Positions 17,251 through 29,700 of a stretch of 64,000 nucleotides of DNA are shown in pieces. The DNA is taken from the NCBI RefSeq assembly GCF_009914755.1, contig NC_060941.1; one strand, given 5' to 3'. The notes below the pieces were generated by a model. That model made no database searches, was not told the origin of the DNA, and saw only the letters and a program-made list of their open reading frames with translations. Source of the DNA: the human T2T-CHM13v2.0 reference genome, Homo sapiens. The translations under genes were made by a program, and so were the position numbers. Every line of letters starts with the position of its first letter. Within the stretch, counting starts at the first letter, position 1.

Positions 17251-17340
17251 ATGGCGGGCGCCCCTCCCCCAGCCTCGTTGCCGCCATGCAGTTTGATCTC
17301 AGACTGCTGTGCGAGATTCCGTGGGCGTAGGACCCTCTGA
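17251..17340 (+). pseudogene. ORF0: L1 antisense ORF0, frameshifted and truncated to 29 aa
   Basis: ATG at 17251 reads MAGAPPPASLPPCSLISDCCA (ORF0 N-terminus) then RFRGRRTL*. An 11-bp deletion after 17312 shifts the frame. Confidence 0.82.
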
Positions 17341-17669
17341 GCCAGGTGTGGGATATAGTCTCGTGGTGCGCCGTTTCTTAAGCCGGTCTGAAAAGCGCAA
17401 TATTCGGGTGGGAGTGACCCGATTTTCCAGGTGCGTCCGTCACCCCTTTCTTTGACTCGGAAAGGGAACTCCCTGACCCCTTGCGCTTCCCAGGTGAGGC
17501 AATGCCTCGCCCTGCTTCGGCTCGCGCACGGTGCGCACACACACTGGCCTGCGCCCACTGTCTGGCACTCCCTAGTGAGATGAACCCGGTACCTCAGATG
17601 GAAATGCAGAAATCACCCGTCTTCTGCGTTGCTCACGCTGGGAGCTGTAGACCGGAGCTGTTCGTATTC

Positions 17670-17679
17670 GGCCATCTTG
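17670..17679 (-). promoter_or_regulatory. YY1 binding site of L1 promoter (CAAGATGGCC), intact
   Basis: GGCCATCTTG on + strand about 10-20 nt from the L1 5' end. Confidence 0.88.
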
Positions 17680-17689
17680 GCTCCTCCTC

Positions 17690-17704
17690 CTGAACCTTTC
17701 TTTG
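17690..17704 (+). repeat. Target-site duplication, right copy (CTGAACCTTTCTTTG)
   Basis: Directly abuts the L1 5' end and continues as ATAGTACAGCTTTGAAAC of the interrupted monomer. Confidence 0.93.
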
Positions 17705-20700
17705 ATAGTACAGCTTTGAAACACTCTTTTTGTAGAAACTGCAAGTGGATATTTGGTCCTCTCTGAGGATTTCGTTGGAAACGGGATAAACAGCACAAAA
17801 CTAAACAGAAGCATTCTCAGAACCTTCTTCGTGATGTCTGCATTCAACTCACAGTGTGGAACCTTTCTTTGATAGTTCAGGTTTGAAACACTCTTTTTCT
17901 AGAAACTGCAAGGGGATAACTGCACTTCTTTGAGGCCTACCGTAGTAAAGGAAATAACTTCCTATAAAAAGAAGACAGAAGCTTTCTCAGAAAATTCTTT
18001 GGGATGATTGAGTTGAACTCACAGAGCTGAACATTCCTTGCGATGGAGCAGTTTAGAAACACACTTTCTGCAGAATCTGCAAGTGCATATTTGGACCTCT
18101 CTGAGGAATTCGTTGGAAACGGGATAATTTCAGCTGACTAAACAGAAGCAGTCTCAGAATCTTCTTTGTGATGTTTGCATTCAAATCCCAGAGTTGAACT
18201 TTCCTTTCAAAGTTCACGTTTGAAACACTCTTTTTGCAGGATCTACAAGTGGATATTTGGACCACTCTGTGTCCTTCGTTCGAAACGGGTATATCTTCAC
18301 ATGACATCTAGACAGAAGCATTCTCAGAAGCTTCTCTGTGATGACTGCATTCAACTCACGGAGTTGAACACTCCTTTTGAGAGCGCAGTTTTGAAACTCT
18401 GTTTCTGTGGCATCTGCAAGGGGACATGTAGACCTCTTTGAAGATTTCATTGGAAACGGAATCATCTTCACATAAAAACTATACAGATGCATTCTCAGGA
18501 ACTTTTTGGTGATGTTTATATTCAACTCCCACAGTTGAACTTTCCTTTGGAAAGAGCAGCTATGAAACACTCTTTTTCTAGAATCTGCAAGCGGACGTTT
18601 GGAGGGCTTTGTGGTTTGTGGTGGAAAAGGAAATATCTTCACCTAAATACTAGACAGAAGCATTCTCAGAAACTGCTTTGTGATGATTGCATTCACCTCA
18701 CAGAGTTGAACATTCCTATTGATAGAGCAGTTTGGAAACACTCTTCATGTGGAATGTGCAAGTGGAGATTTGGAGCGCTTTGAGGCCTATGGTAGTAAAG
18801 GGAATAGCTTCATAGAAAAACTAGACAGAAGCATTCTCAGAAAATTCTTTGTGATGATTGAGTTTAACTCACAGAGCTGAACATTCCTTTGGATGGACCA
18901 CGTTTGAGACACACTTTTTGTAGAATCTACAAGTGGATATTTAGACCTCTCTGAGGATTTCGTTGGAAACGGTATAACTGCACCTAACTAAACGGAAGCA
19001 TTCTCAGAAACTTCTTGGTGATGTTTGCATTCAAATCCCAGAGTTGAAACTTCCTTTGATAGGTCAGATTTGAAACACTCTTTCTGTACGATCTGCAAGT
19101 GGATATTTGGACCACTCTGTGGCCTTCGTTCGAAACGGGTACATCTTCGCATAAAATCTAGACAGAAGCCTTCTCAGAAACTTCTCTGTGATGATTGCAT
19201 TCAACTCACAGAGTTGAACCCTCCTATGGATAGAGCAGTGTTGAAACTCTCTTTTTGTGGAATCTGCAAGTGGATATGTGGACCTCTCCGAAGATGTCTT
19301 TGGAAACGGGAATATCTTCACATAAAAGCTAAACAGAAGCATTCTCAGAAACTTCTCTGTGATGTTTGTGTTCAACTCCCAGAGTTTCACATTGCTTTTC
19401 ATAGAGTAGTTCTGAAACATGCTTTTCGTAGTGTCTGCAAGTGGACATTTGGAGCGCTTTCAGGCCTGTGGTGGAAAACGAATTATGGTCACATAAAAAC
19501 TGGAGAGAAGCATTGTCAGAAACTTCTTTGTGATGATTGCATTCAACTCACAGAGTTGAAGGTTCCTTTTCAAACAGCAGTTTCCAATCACTCTTTCTGT
19601 GGAATCTGCAAGTGGATATTTGGACCTCTTTGAAGATTTCGTTGGAAACGGGAGAATCTTCACAGAAAAGTTAAACAGAAGCATTTTCAGAAACTTCTTT
19701 GTGATACTTGCATTCAACTCACAGAGTTGAACTTTCCTTTCGAGAGAGAAGCTTTGAAACACTCTTTTTCCAGAATCTGCAAGTGGACATTTGGAGGGCT
19801 TTGAGGCCTGTGGTGGAAAAGGAATTATCTTCCTGTAAAAGCTAGATAGAAGCATTCTCAGAAACTACTTTGTGATGATTGCATTCAAGTCACAGAGTTG
19901 AACATTCCCTTTGACAGAGCAGTTTGGAAACTCTCTTTGTGTAGAATCTGCAAGTGGAGATATGGACCGCTTTGAGGCCTATGGTAGTAAAGGAAATAGC
20001 TTCATATAAAAGCTAGACAGTAGCATTCACAGAAAACTCTTGGTGACGACTGAGTTTAACTCACAGAGCTGAACATTCCTTTGGAGGGAGCAGTTTCGAA
20101 ACACACTATTTGTAGAATGTGCAAGTGGATATTTGGGCCTCTCTGAGGATTTCGTTGGAAACGGGATAAACGGCACAGAAATAAACAGAAGAATTCTCAA
20201 ATCCTTCTTCGTGATGTTTGCATTCAACTCTCAGTGCTGAACCTTTCTTTGATAGTTCAGCTTTGAAACACTCTTTTTGTAGAAACTGCAAGTGGATATT
20301 TGGTGCTCTCTGAGGATTTCGTTGGAAACGGGATAAACCGCACAGAACTAAACAGAAGCATTCTCAGAACCTTCTTCGTGATGTCTGCATTCAACTCACA
20401 GTGTGGAACCTTTCTTTGATAGTTCAGCTTTGAAACACTCTTTTTGTAGAAACTGTAAGGGGATTATTGCACTTCTTTGAGGCCTACCGTAGTAAAGGAA
20501 ATTACTTCCTATAAAAAGAAGACAGAAGCTTTCTCAGAAAATTCTTTGGGATGACTGAGTTGAACTCACAGAGCTGAACATTCCTTGCGATGTAGCAGTT
20601 TAGAAACACACTTTCTGCAGAATCTGCAAGTGCATATTTGGACCTCTCTGAGGAATTCGTTGGAAACGGGATAATTTCAGCTGACTAAACAGAAGCAGTC

Positions 20701-23700
20701 TCAGAATCTTCTTTGTGATGTTTGCATTCAAATCCCAGAGTTGAACTTTCCTTTCAAAGTTCACGTTTGAAACACTCTTTTTGCAGGATCTACAAGTGGA
20801 TATTTGGACCACTCTGTGTCCTTCGTTCGAAACGGGTATATCTTCACATGACATCTAGACAGAAGCATTCTCAGAAGCTTCTCTGTGATGACTGCATTCA
20901 ACTCACGGAGTTGAACACTCCTTTTGAGAGCGCAGTTTTGAAACTCTCTTTCTGTGGCATCTGCAAGGGGACATGTAGACCTCTTTGAAGATTTCGTTGG
21001 AAACGGAATCATCTTCACATAAAAACTATACAGATGCATTCTCAGGAACTTTTTGGTGATGTTTGTATTCAACTCCCAGAGTTGAACTTTCCTTTGGAAA
21101 GAGCAGCTATGAAACACTCTTTTTCTAGAATCTGCAAGCGGACGTTTGGAGGGCTTTGTGGTTTGTGGTGGAAAAGGAAATATCTTCACCTAAATACTAG
21201 ACAGAAGCATTCTCAGAAACTGCTTTGTGATGATTGCATTCACCTCACAGAGTTGAACATTCCTATTGATAGAGCAGTTTGGAAACACTCCTGTTGTGGA
21301 ATGTGCAAGTGGAGATTTGGAGCGCTTTGAGGCCTATGGTAGTAAAGGGAATAGCTTCATAGAAAAACTAGACAGAAGCATTCTCAGAAAATACTTTGTG
21401 ATGATTGAGTTTAACTCACAGAGCTGAACATTCCTTTGGATGGAGCAGGCTTGAGACACACTTTTTGTAGAATCTACAAGTGGATATTTGGACCTCTCTG
21501 AGGATTTCGTTGGAAACGAGATAACTGCACCTAACTAAACGGAAGCATTCTCAGAAACTTCTTGGTGATGTTTGCATTCAAATCCCAGAGTTGAACCTTC
21601 CTTTGATAGTTCAGGTTTGAAACACTCTTTTTGTAGGATCTGCAAGTGGATATTTGGACCACTCTGTGGCCTTCGTTCGAAACGGGTACATCTTCGCATA
21701 AAATCTAGACAGAAGCCTTCTCAGAAACTTCTCTGTGATGATTGCATTCAACTCACAGAGTTGAACCCTACTATGGATAGAGCAGTGTTGAAACTCTCTT
21801 TTTGTGGAATCTGCAAGTGGATATGTGGACCTCTCCGAAGATGTCTTTGGAAAGGGGACTATCTTCACATAAAAACTAAACAGAAGCATTCTCAGAAACT
21901 TCTCTGTGATGTTTGTGTTCAACTCCCAGAGTGTCACATTGCTTTTCATAGAGTAGTTCTGAAACGAGCTTTTCGCAGTGTCTGCAAGTGGACATTTGGA
22001 GCGCTTTCAGGCCTGTGGTGGAAAACGAATTATGGTCACATAAAAACTGGAGAGAAGCATTGTCAGAAACTTCTTTGTGATGATTGCATTCAACTCACAG
22101 AGTTGAAGGTTCCTTTTCAAACAGCAGTTTCCAATCACTCTTTCTGTGGAATCTGCAAGTGGATATTTGGACCTCTTTGAAGATTTCGTTGGAAACGGGA
22201 GAATCTTCACAGAAAAGTTAAACAGAAGCATTCTCAGAAACTTCTTTGTGATGCTTGCATTCAACTCACAGAGTTGAACTTTCCTTTCGAGAGAGAAGCT
22301 TTGAATCACTCTTTTTCCAGAATCTGCAAGTGGACATTTGGAGGGCTTTGAGGCCTGTGGTGGAAAAGGAATTATCTTCCCGTAAAAGCTAGATAGAAGC
22401 ATTCTCAGAAACTACTTTGTGATGATTGCATTCAAGTCACAGAGTTGAACATTCCCTTTGACAGAGCAGTTTGGAAACTCTCTTTGTGTAGAATCTGCAA
22501 GTGGAGATATGGACCGCTTTGAGGCCTATGGTAGTAAAGGAAATAGCTTCATATAAAAGCTGGACAGTAGCATTCACAGAAAACTCTTGGTGACGACTGA
22601 GTTTAACTCACAGAGCTGAACATTCCTTTGGAGGGAGCAGTTTCGAAACACACTATTTATAGAATGTGCAAGTGGATATTTGGGCCTCTCTGAGGATTTC
22701 GTTGGAAACGGGATAAATGGCAAAGAAATAAACAGAAGCATTCTCAAAACCTTCTTCGTGATGTTTGCATTCAACTCACAGTGTTGAACCTTTCTTTGAT
22801 AGTTCAGGATTGAAACGGTCTTTCTGTGGAAACTGCAAGTAGATATTTTGACCTCTCTGAGGATTTCGTTGGAAACAGGATAAACCGCACAGAACTAAAA
22901 CAGAAGCATTCTCAGAACCCTCTTCGTGATGTTTACATTGAACTCACAGTGCTGAAACTTTCTTTGATAGTACAGCTTTGAAACACTCTTTTTGTAGAAA
23001 CTGCAAGTGGATATTTGGTGCTCTCTGAGGATTTCGTTGGAAACGGGATAAACCGCACAGAACTAAACAGAAGCATTCTCAGAACCTTCTTCGTGATGTC
23101 TGCATTCAACTCACAGTGTGGAAACTTTCTTTGATAGTTCAGGTTTGAAACACTCTTTTTGTAGAAACTGCAAGGGGATAATTGCACTTCTTTGAGGCCT
23201 ACCGTAGTAAAGGAAATAACTTCCTATAAAAAGAAGACAGAAGCTTTCTCAGAAAATTCTTTGGGATGATTGAGTTGAACTCACAGAGCTGAACATTCCT
23301 TGCGATGTAGCAGTTTAGAAACAGACTTTCTGCAGAATCTGCAAGTGCATATTTGGACCTCTCTGAGGAATTCGTTGGAAACGGGATAATTTCAGCTGAC
23401 TAAACAGAAGCAGTCTCAGAATCTTCTTTGTGATGTTTACATTCAAATCCCAGAGTTGAACTTTCCTTTCAAAGTTCACGTTTGAAACACTCTTTTTGCA
23501 GGATCTACAAGTGGATATTTGGACCACTCTGTGTCCTTCGTTCCAAACGGGTATATCTTCACATGACATCTAGACAGAAGCATTCTCAGAAGCTTCTCTG
23601 TGATGACTGCATTCAACTCACGGAGTTGAACACTCCTTTTGAGAGCGCAGTTTTGAAACTCTGTTTCTGTGGCATCTGCAAGGGGACATGTAGACCTCTT

Positions 23701-26700
23701 TGAAGATTTCGTTGGAAACGGAATCATCTTCACATAAAAACTATACAGATGCATTCTCAGGAACTTTTTGGTGATGTTTGTATTCAACTCCCAGAGTTGA
23801 ACTTTCCTTTGGAAAGAGCAGCTATGAAACACTCTTTTTCTAGAATCTGCAAGCGGACGTTTGGAGGGCTTTGTGGTTTGTGGTGGAAAAGGAAATATCT
23901 TCACCTAAATACTAGACAGAAGCATTCTCAGAAACTGCTTTGTGATGATTGCATTCACCTCACAGAGTTGAACATTCCTATTGATAGAGCAGTTTGGAAA
24001 CACTCCTGTTGTGGAATGTGCAAGTGGAGATTTGGAGCGCTTTGAGGCCTATGGTAGTAAAGGGAATAGCTTCATAGAAAAAGTAGACAGAAGCATTCTC
24101 AGAAAATACTTTGTGATGATTGAGTTTAACTCACAGAGCTGAACATTCCTTTGGATGGAGCAGGCTTGAGACACACTTTTTGTAGAATCTACAAGTGGAT
24201 ATTTGGACCTCTCTGAGGATTTCGTTGGAAACGGGATAACTGCACCTAACTAAACGGAAGCATTCTCAGAAACTTCTTGGTGATGTTTGCATTCAAATCC
24301 CAGAGTTGAACCTTCCTTTGATAGTTCAGGTTTGAAACACTCTTTTTGTAGGATCTGCAAGTGGATATTTGGACCACTCTGTGGCCTTCGTTCGAAACGG
24401 GTACATCTTCGCATAAAATCTAGACAGAAGCCTTCTCAGAAACATCTCTGTGATGATTGCATTCAACTCACAGAGTTGAACCCTACTATGGATAGAGCAG
24501 TGTTGAAACTCTCTTTTTGTGGAATCTGCAAGTGGATATGTGGACCTCTCCGAAGATGTCTTTGGAAAGGGGACTATCTTCACATAAAAACTAAACAGAA
24601 GCATTCTCAGAAACTTCTCTGTGATGTTTGTGTTCAACTCCCAGAGTGTCACATTGCTTCTCATAGAGTAGTTCTGAAACATGCTTTTCGTAGTGTCTGC
24701 AAGGGGACATTTGGAGCGCTTTCAGGCCTGTGGTGGAAAACGAATTATGGTCACATAAAAACTGGAGAGAAGCATTGTCAGAAACTTCTTTCTGATGATT
24801 GCATTCAACTCACAGAGTTGAAGGTTCCTTTTCAAACAGCAGGTTCCAAACACTCTTTCTGTGGAATCTGCAAGTGGATATTTGGACCTCTTTGAAGATT
24901 TCGTTGGAAACGGGAGAATCTTCACAGAAAAGCTAAACAGAAGCATTCTCAGAAACTTCTTTGTGATGCTTGCATTCAACTCACAGAGTTGAACTTTCCT
25001 TTCGAGAGAGAAGCTTTGAAACACTCTTTTTCCAGAATCTGCAAGTGGACATTTGGAGGGCTTTGATGTCTGTGGTGGAAAAGGAATTATCTTCCCGTAA
25101 AAGCTAGATAGAAGAATTCTCAGAAACTACTTTGTGATGATTGCATTCAAGTCACAGAGCTGAACATTCCCTTTGACAGAGCAGTTTGGAAACTCTCTTT
25201 GTTTAGAATCTGCAAGTGGAGATATGGAATGCTTTGAGGCCTATGGTAGTAAAGGAAATAGCTTCATATAAAAGCTAGACAGTAGCATTCACAGAAAACT
25301 CTTGGTGACGACTGAGTTTAACTCACAGAGCTGGACATTCCTTTGGATGGAGCAGTTTCGAAACACACTATTTGTAGAATCTGCAAGTGGATATTTGGGC
25401 CTCTCTGAGGATTTCGTTGGAAACGGGATAAACCGCACAGAACTAAAACAGAAGCATTCTCGGAACCCTCTTCGTGATGTTTGCATTCAACTCACAGTGC
25501 TGAAACTTTCTTTGATAGTTCAGCTTTGAAACACTCTTTTTGTAGAAACTGCAAGTGGATATTTGGTCCTCTCTGAGGATTTCGTTGGAAATGGGATAAA
25601 CCACACAGAACTAAACAGAAGCATTCTCAGAACCTTCTTCGTGATGTCTGCATTCAACTCACAGTGTGGAACCTTTCTTTGATAGTTCAGGTTTGAAACA
25701 CTCTTTTTGTAGAAACTGCAAGGGGATAATTGCACTTCTTTGAGGCCTACCGTAGTAAAGGAAATAACTTCCTATAAAAAGAAGACAGAAGCTTTCTCAG
25801 AAAATTCTTTGGGATGTTTGAGTTGAACTCACAGAGCTGAACATTTCTTGCGATGGAGCAGTTTAGAAACACACTTTCTGCAGAATCTGCAATTGCATAT
25901 TTGGACCTCTCTGAGGAATTCGTTGGAAACGGGATAATTTCAGCTGACTAAACAGAAGCAGTCTCAGAATCTTCTTTGTGATGTTTGCATTCAAATCCCA
26001 GAGTTGAACTTTCCTTTCAAAGTTCACGTTTGAAACACTCTTTTTGCAGGATCTACAAGTGGATATTTGGACCACTCTGTGTCCTTCGTTCGAAACGGGT
26101 ATATCTTCACATGACATCTAGACTGAAGCATTCTCAGAAGCTTCTCTGTGATGACTGCATTCAACTCACGGAGTTGAACACTCCTTTTGAGAGCGCAGTT
26201 TTGAAACTCTCTTTCTGTGGCATCTGCAAGGGGACATGTAGACCTCTTTGAAGATTTCGTTGGAAACGGAATCATCTTCACATAAAAACTATACAGATGC
26301 ATTCTCAGGAACTTTTTGGTGATGTTTGTATTCAACTCCCAGAGTTGAACTTTCCTTTGGAAAGAGCAGCTATGAAACACGCTTTTTCTAGAATCTGCAA
26401 GTGGACGTTTGGAGGGCTTTGTGGTTTGTGGTGGAAAAGGAAATATCTTCACCTAAATACTAGATAGAAGCATTCTCAGAAACTGCTTTGTGATGATTGC
26501 ATTCACCTCACAGAGTTGACCATTCCTATTGATAGAGCAGTTTGGAAACACTCTTGTTGTGGAATGTGCAAGTGGAGATTTGGAGCGCTTTGAGGCCTAT
26601 GGTAGTAAAGGGAATAGCTTCATAGAAAAACTAGACAGAAGCATTCTCAGAAAATACTTTGTGATGATTGAGTTTAACTCACAGAGCTGAACATTCCTTT

Positions 26701-29700
26701 GGATGGAGCAGGTTCGAGACACACTTTTTGTAGAATCCACTAGTGGATATTTGGACCTCTCTGAGGATTTCGTTGGAAACGGGATAACTGCACCGAACTA
26801 AACGGAAGCATTCTCAGAAACTTCTTGGTGATGTTTGCATTCACATCGCAGAGTTGATCCTTCCTTTGATACTTCAAGTTTGAAACACTCTTTTTGTAGG
26901 ATCTGCAAGTGGATATTTGGACCACTCTGTGGCCTTCGTTCGAAACGGGTACATCTTCGCATAAAATCTAGACAGAAGCCTTCTCAGAAACTTCTCTGTG
27001 ATGATTGCATTCAACTCACAGAGTTGAACCCTCCTATGGATAGAGCAGTGTTGAAACTCTCTTTTTGTGGAATCTGCAAGTGGATATGTGGACCTCTCCG
27101 AAGATGTCTTTGGAAACGGGAATATCTTCACATAAAAACTACACAGAAGCATTCTCAGAAACTTCTCTGTGATGTTTGTGTTCAACTCCCAGAGTGTCAC
27201 ATTGCTTTTCATAGAGTAGTTCTGAAACGTGCTTTTCGTAGTGTCTGCAAGTGGACATTTGGAGCGCTTTCAGGCCTGTGGTGGAAAACGAATTATGGTC
27301 ACATAAAAACTGGAGAGAAGCATTGTCAGAAACTTCTTTGTGATGATTGCATTCAACTCACAGAGTTGAAGGTTCCTTTTCAAACAGCAGTTTCCAATCA
27401 CTCTTTCTGTGGAATCTGCAAGTGGATATTTGGACCTCTTTGAAGATTTCGTTGGAAACGGGAGAATCTTCACAGAAAAGTTAAACAGAAGCATTCTCAG
27501 AAACTTCTTTGTGATGCTTGCATTCAACTCACAGAGTTGAACTTTCCTTTCGAGAGAGAAGCTTTGAAACACTCTTTTTCCAGAATCTGCAAGTGGACAT
27601 TTGGAGGGCTTTGAGGCCTGTGGTGGAAAAGGAATTATCTTCCCGTAAAAGCTAGATAGAAGCATTCTCAGAAACTACTTTGTGATGATTGCATTCAAGT
27701 CACAGAGTTGAACATTCCCTTTGACAGAGCAGTTTGGAAACTCTCTTTGTGTAGAATCTGCAAGTGGAGATATGGACCGCTTTGAGGCCTATGGTAATAA
27801 AGGAAATAGCTTCATATAAAAGCTAGACAGTAGCATTCACAGAAAACTCTTGGTGACGACTGAGTTTAACTCACAGAGCTGAACATTCCTTTGGAGGGAG
27901 CAGTTTCGAAACACACTATTTATAGAATGTGCAAGTGGATATTTGGGCCTCTCTGAGGATTTCGTTGGAAACGGGATAAATGGCAAAGAAATAAACAGAA
28001 GTATTCTCAAAACCTTCTTCGTGATGTTTGCATTCAACTCACAGTGTTGAACCTTTCTTTGATAGTTCAGGTTTGAAACGGTCTTTCTGTGGAAACTGCA
28101 AGTAGATATTTTGACCTCTCTGAGGATTTCGTTGGAAACAGGATAAACCGCACAGAACTAAAACAGAAGCATTCTCAGAACCCTCTTCGTGATGTTTACA
28201 TTCAACTCACAGTGCTGAACCTTTCTTTGATAGTTCAGCTTTGAAACACTCTTTTTGTAGAAACTGCAAGTGGATATTTGGTGCTCTCTGAGGATTTCGT
28301 TGGAAACGGGATAAACCGCACAGAACTAAACAGAAGCATTCTCAGAACCTTCTTCGTGATGTCTGCATTCAACTCACAGTGTGGAACCTTTCTTTGATAG
28401 TTCAGGTTTGAAACACTCTTTTTGTGGAAACTGCAAGGGGATAATAGCACTTCTTTGAGGCCTACCGTAGTAAAGGAAATAACTTCCTATAAAAAGAAGA
28501 CAGAAGCTTTCTCAGAAAATTCTTTGGGATGATTGTGTTGAACTCACAGAGCTGAACATTCCTTGCGATGGAGCAGTTTAGAAACACACTTTCTGCAGAA
28601 TCTGCAAGTGCATATTTGGACCTCTCTGAGGAATTCGTTGGAAACGGGATAATTTCAGCTGACTAAACAGAAGCAGTCTCAGAATCTTCTTTGTGATGTT
28701 TGCATTCAAATCCCAGAGTTGAACTTTCCTTTCAAAGTTCACGTTTGAAACACTCTTTTTGCAGGATCTACAAGTGGATATTTGGACCACTCTGTGTCCT
28801 TCGTTCGAAACGGGTATATCTTCACATGACATCTAGACAGAAGCATTCTCAGAAGCTTCTCTGTGATGACTGCATTCAACTCACGGAGTTGAACACTCCT
28901 TTTGAGAGCGCAGTTTTGAAACTCTCTTTCTGTGGCATCTGCAAGGGGACATGTAGACCTCTTTGAAGATTTCGTTGGAAACGGAATCATCTTCACATAA
29001 AAACTATACAGATGCATTCTCAGGAACTTTTTGGTGATGTTTGTATTCAACTCCCAGAGTTGAACTTTCCTTAGAAAAGAGCAGCTATGAAACACTCTTT
29101 TTCTAGAATCTGCAAGTGGACGTTTGGAGGGCTTTGTGGTTTGTGGTGGAAAAGGAAATATCTTCACCTAAATACTAGATAGAAGCATTCTCAGAAACTG
29201 CTTTGTGATGATTGCATTCACCTCACAGAGTTGACCATTCCTATTGATAGAGCAGTTTGGAAACACTCTTGTTGTGGAATGTGCAAGTGCAGATTTGGAG
29301 CGCTTTGAGGCCTATGGTAGTAAAGGGAATAGCTTCATAGAAAAACTAGACAGAAGCATTCTCAGAAAATACTTTGTGATGATTGAGTTTAACTCACAGA
29401 GCTGAACATTCCTTTGGATGGAGCAGGTTTGAGACACACTTTTTGTAGAATCTACAAGCGGATATTTGGACCTCTCTGAGGATTTCGTTGGAAACGGGAT
29501 AACTGCACCTAACTAAACGGAAGCATTCTCAGAAACTTCTTGGTGATGTTTGCATTCAAATCCCAGAGTTGAACCTTCCTTTGATAGTTCAGGTTTGAAA
29601 CACTCTTTTTGTAGGATCTGCAAGTGGATATTTGGACCACTCTGTGGCCTTCGTTCGAAACGGGTACATCTTCGCATAAAATCTAGACAGAAGCCTTCTC

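Larger units (their letters stand above)
16796..17689 (-). promoter_or_regulatory. L1 5'UTR: internal sense Pol II promoter, CpG island, and antisense promoter (pointing toward higher coordinates)
   Basis: GC/CpG-rich stretch upstream of the ORF1 ATG matching the L1HS 5'UTR. Promoter function is established for the family, not shown for this copy. Confidence 0.88.
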
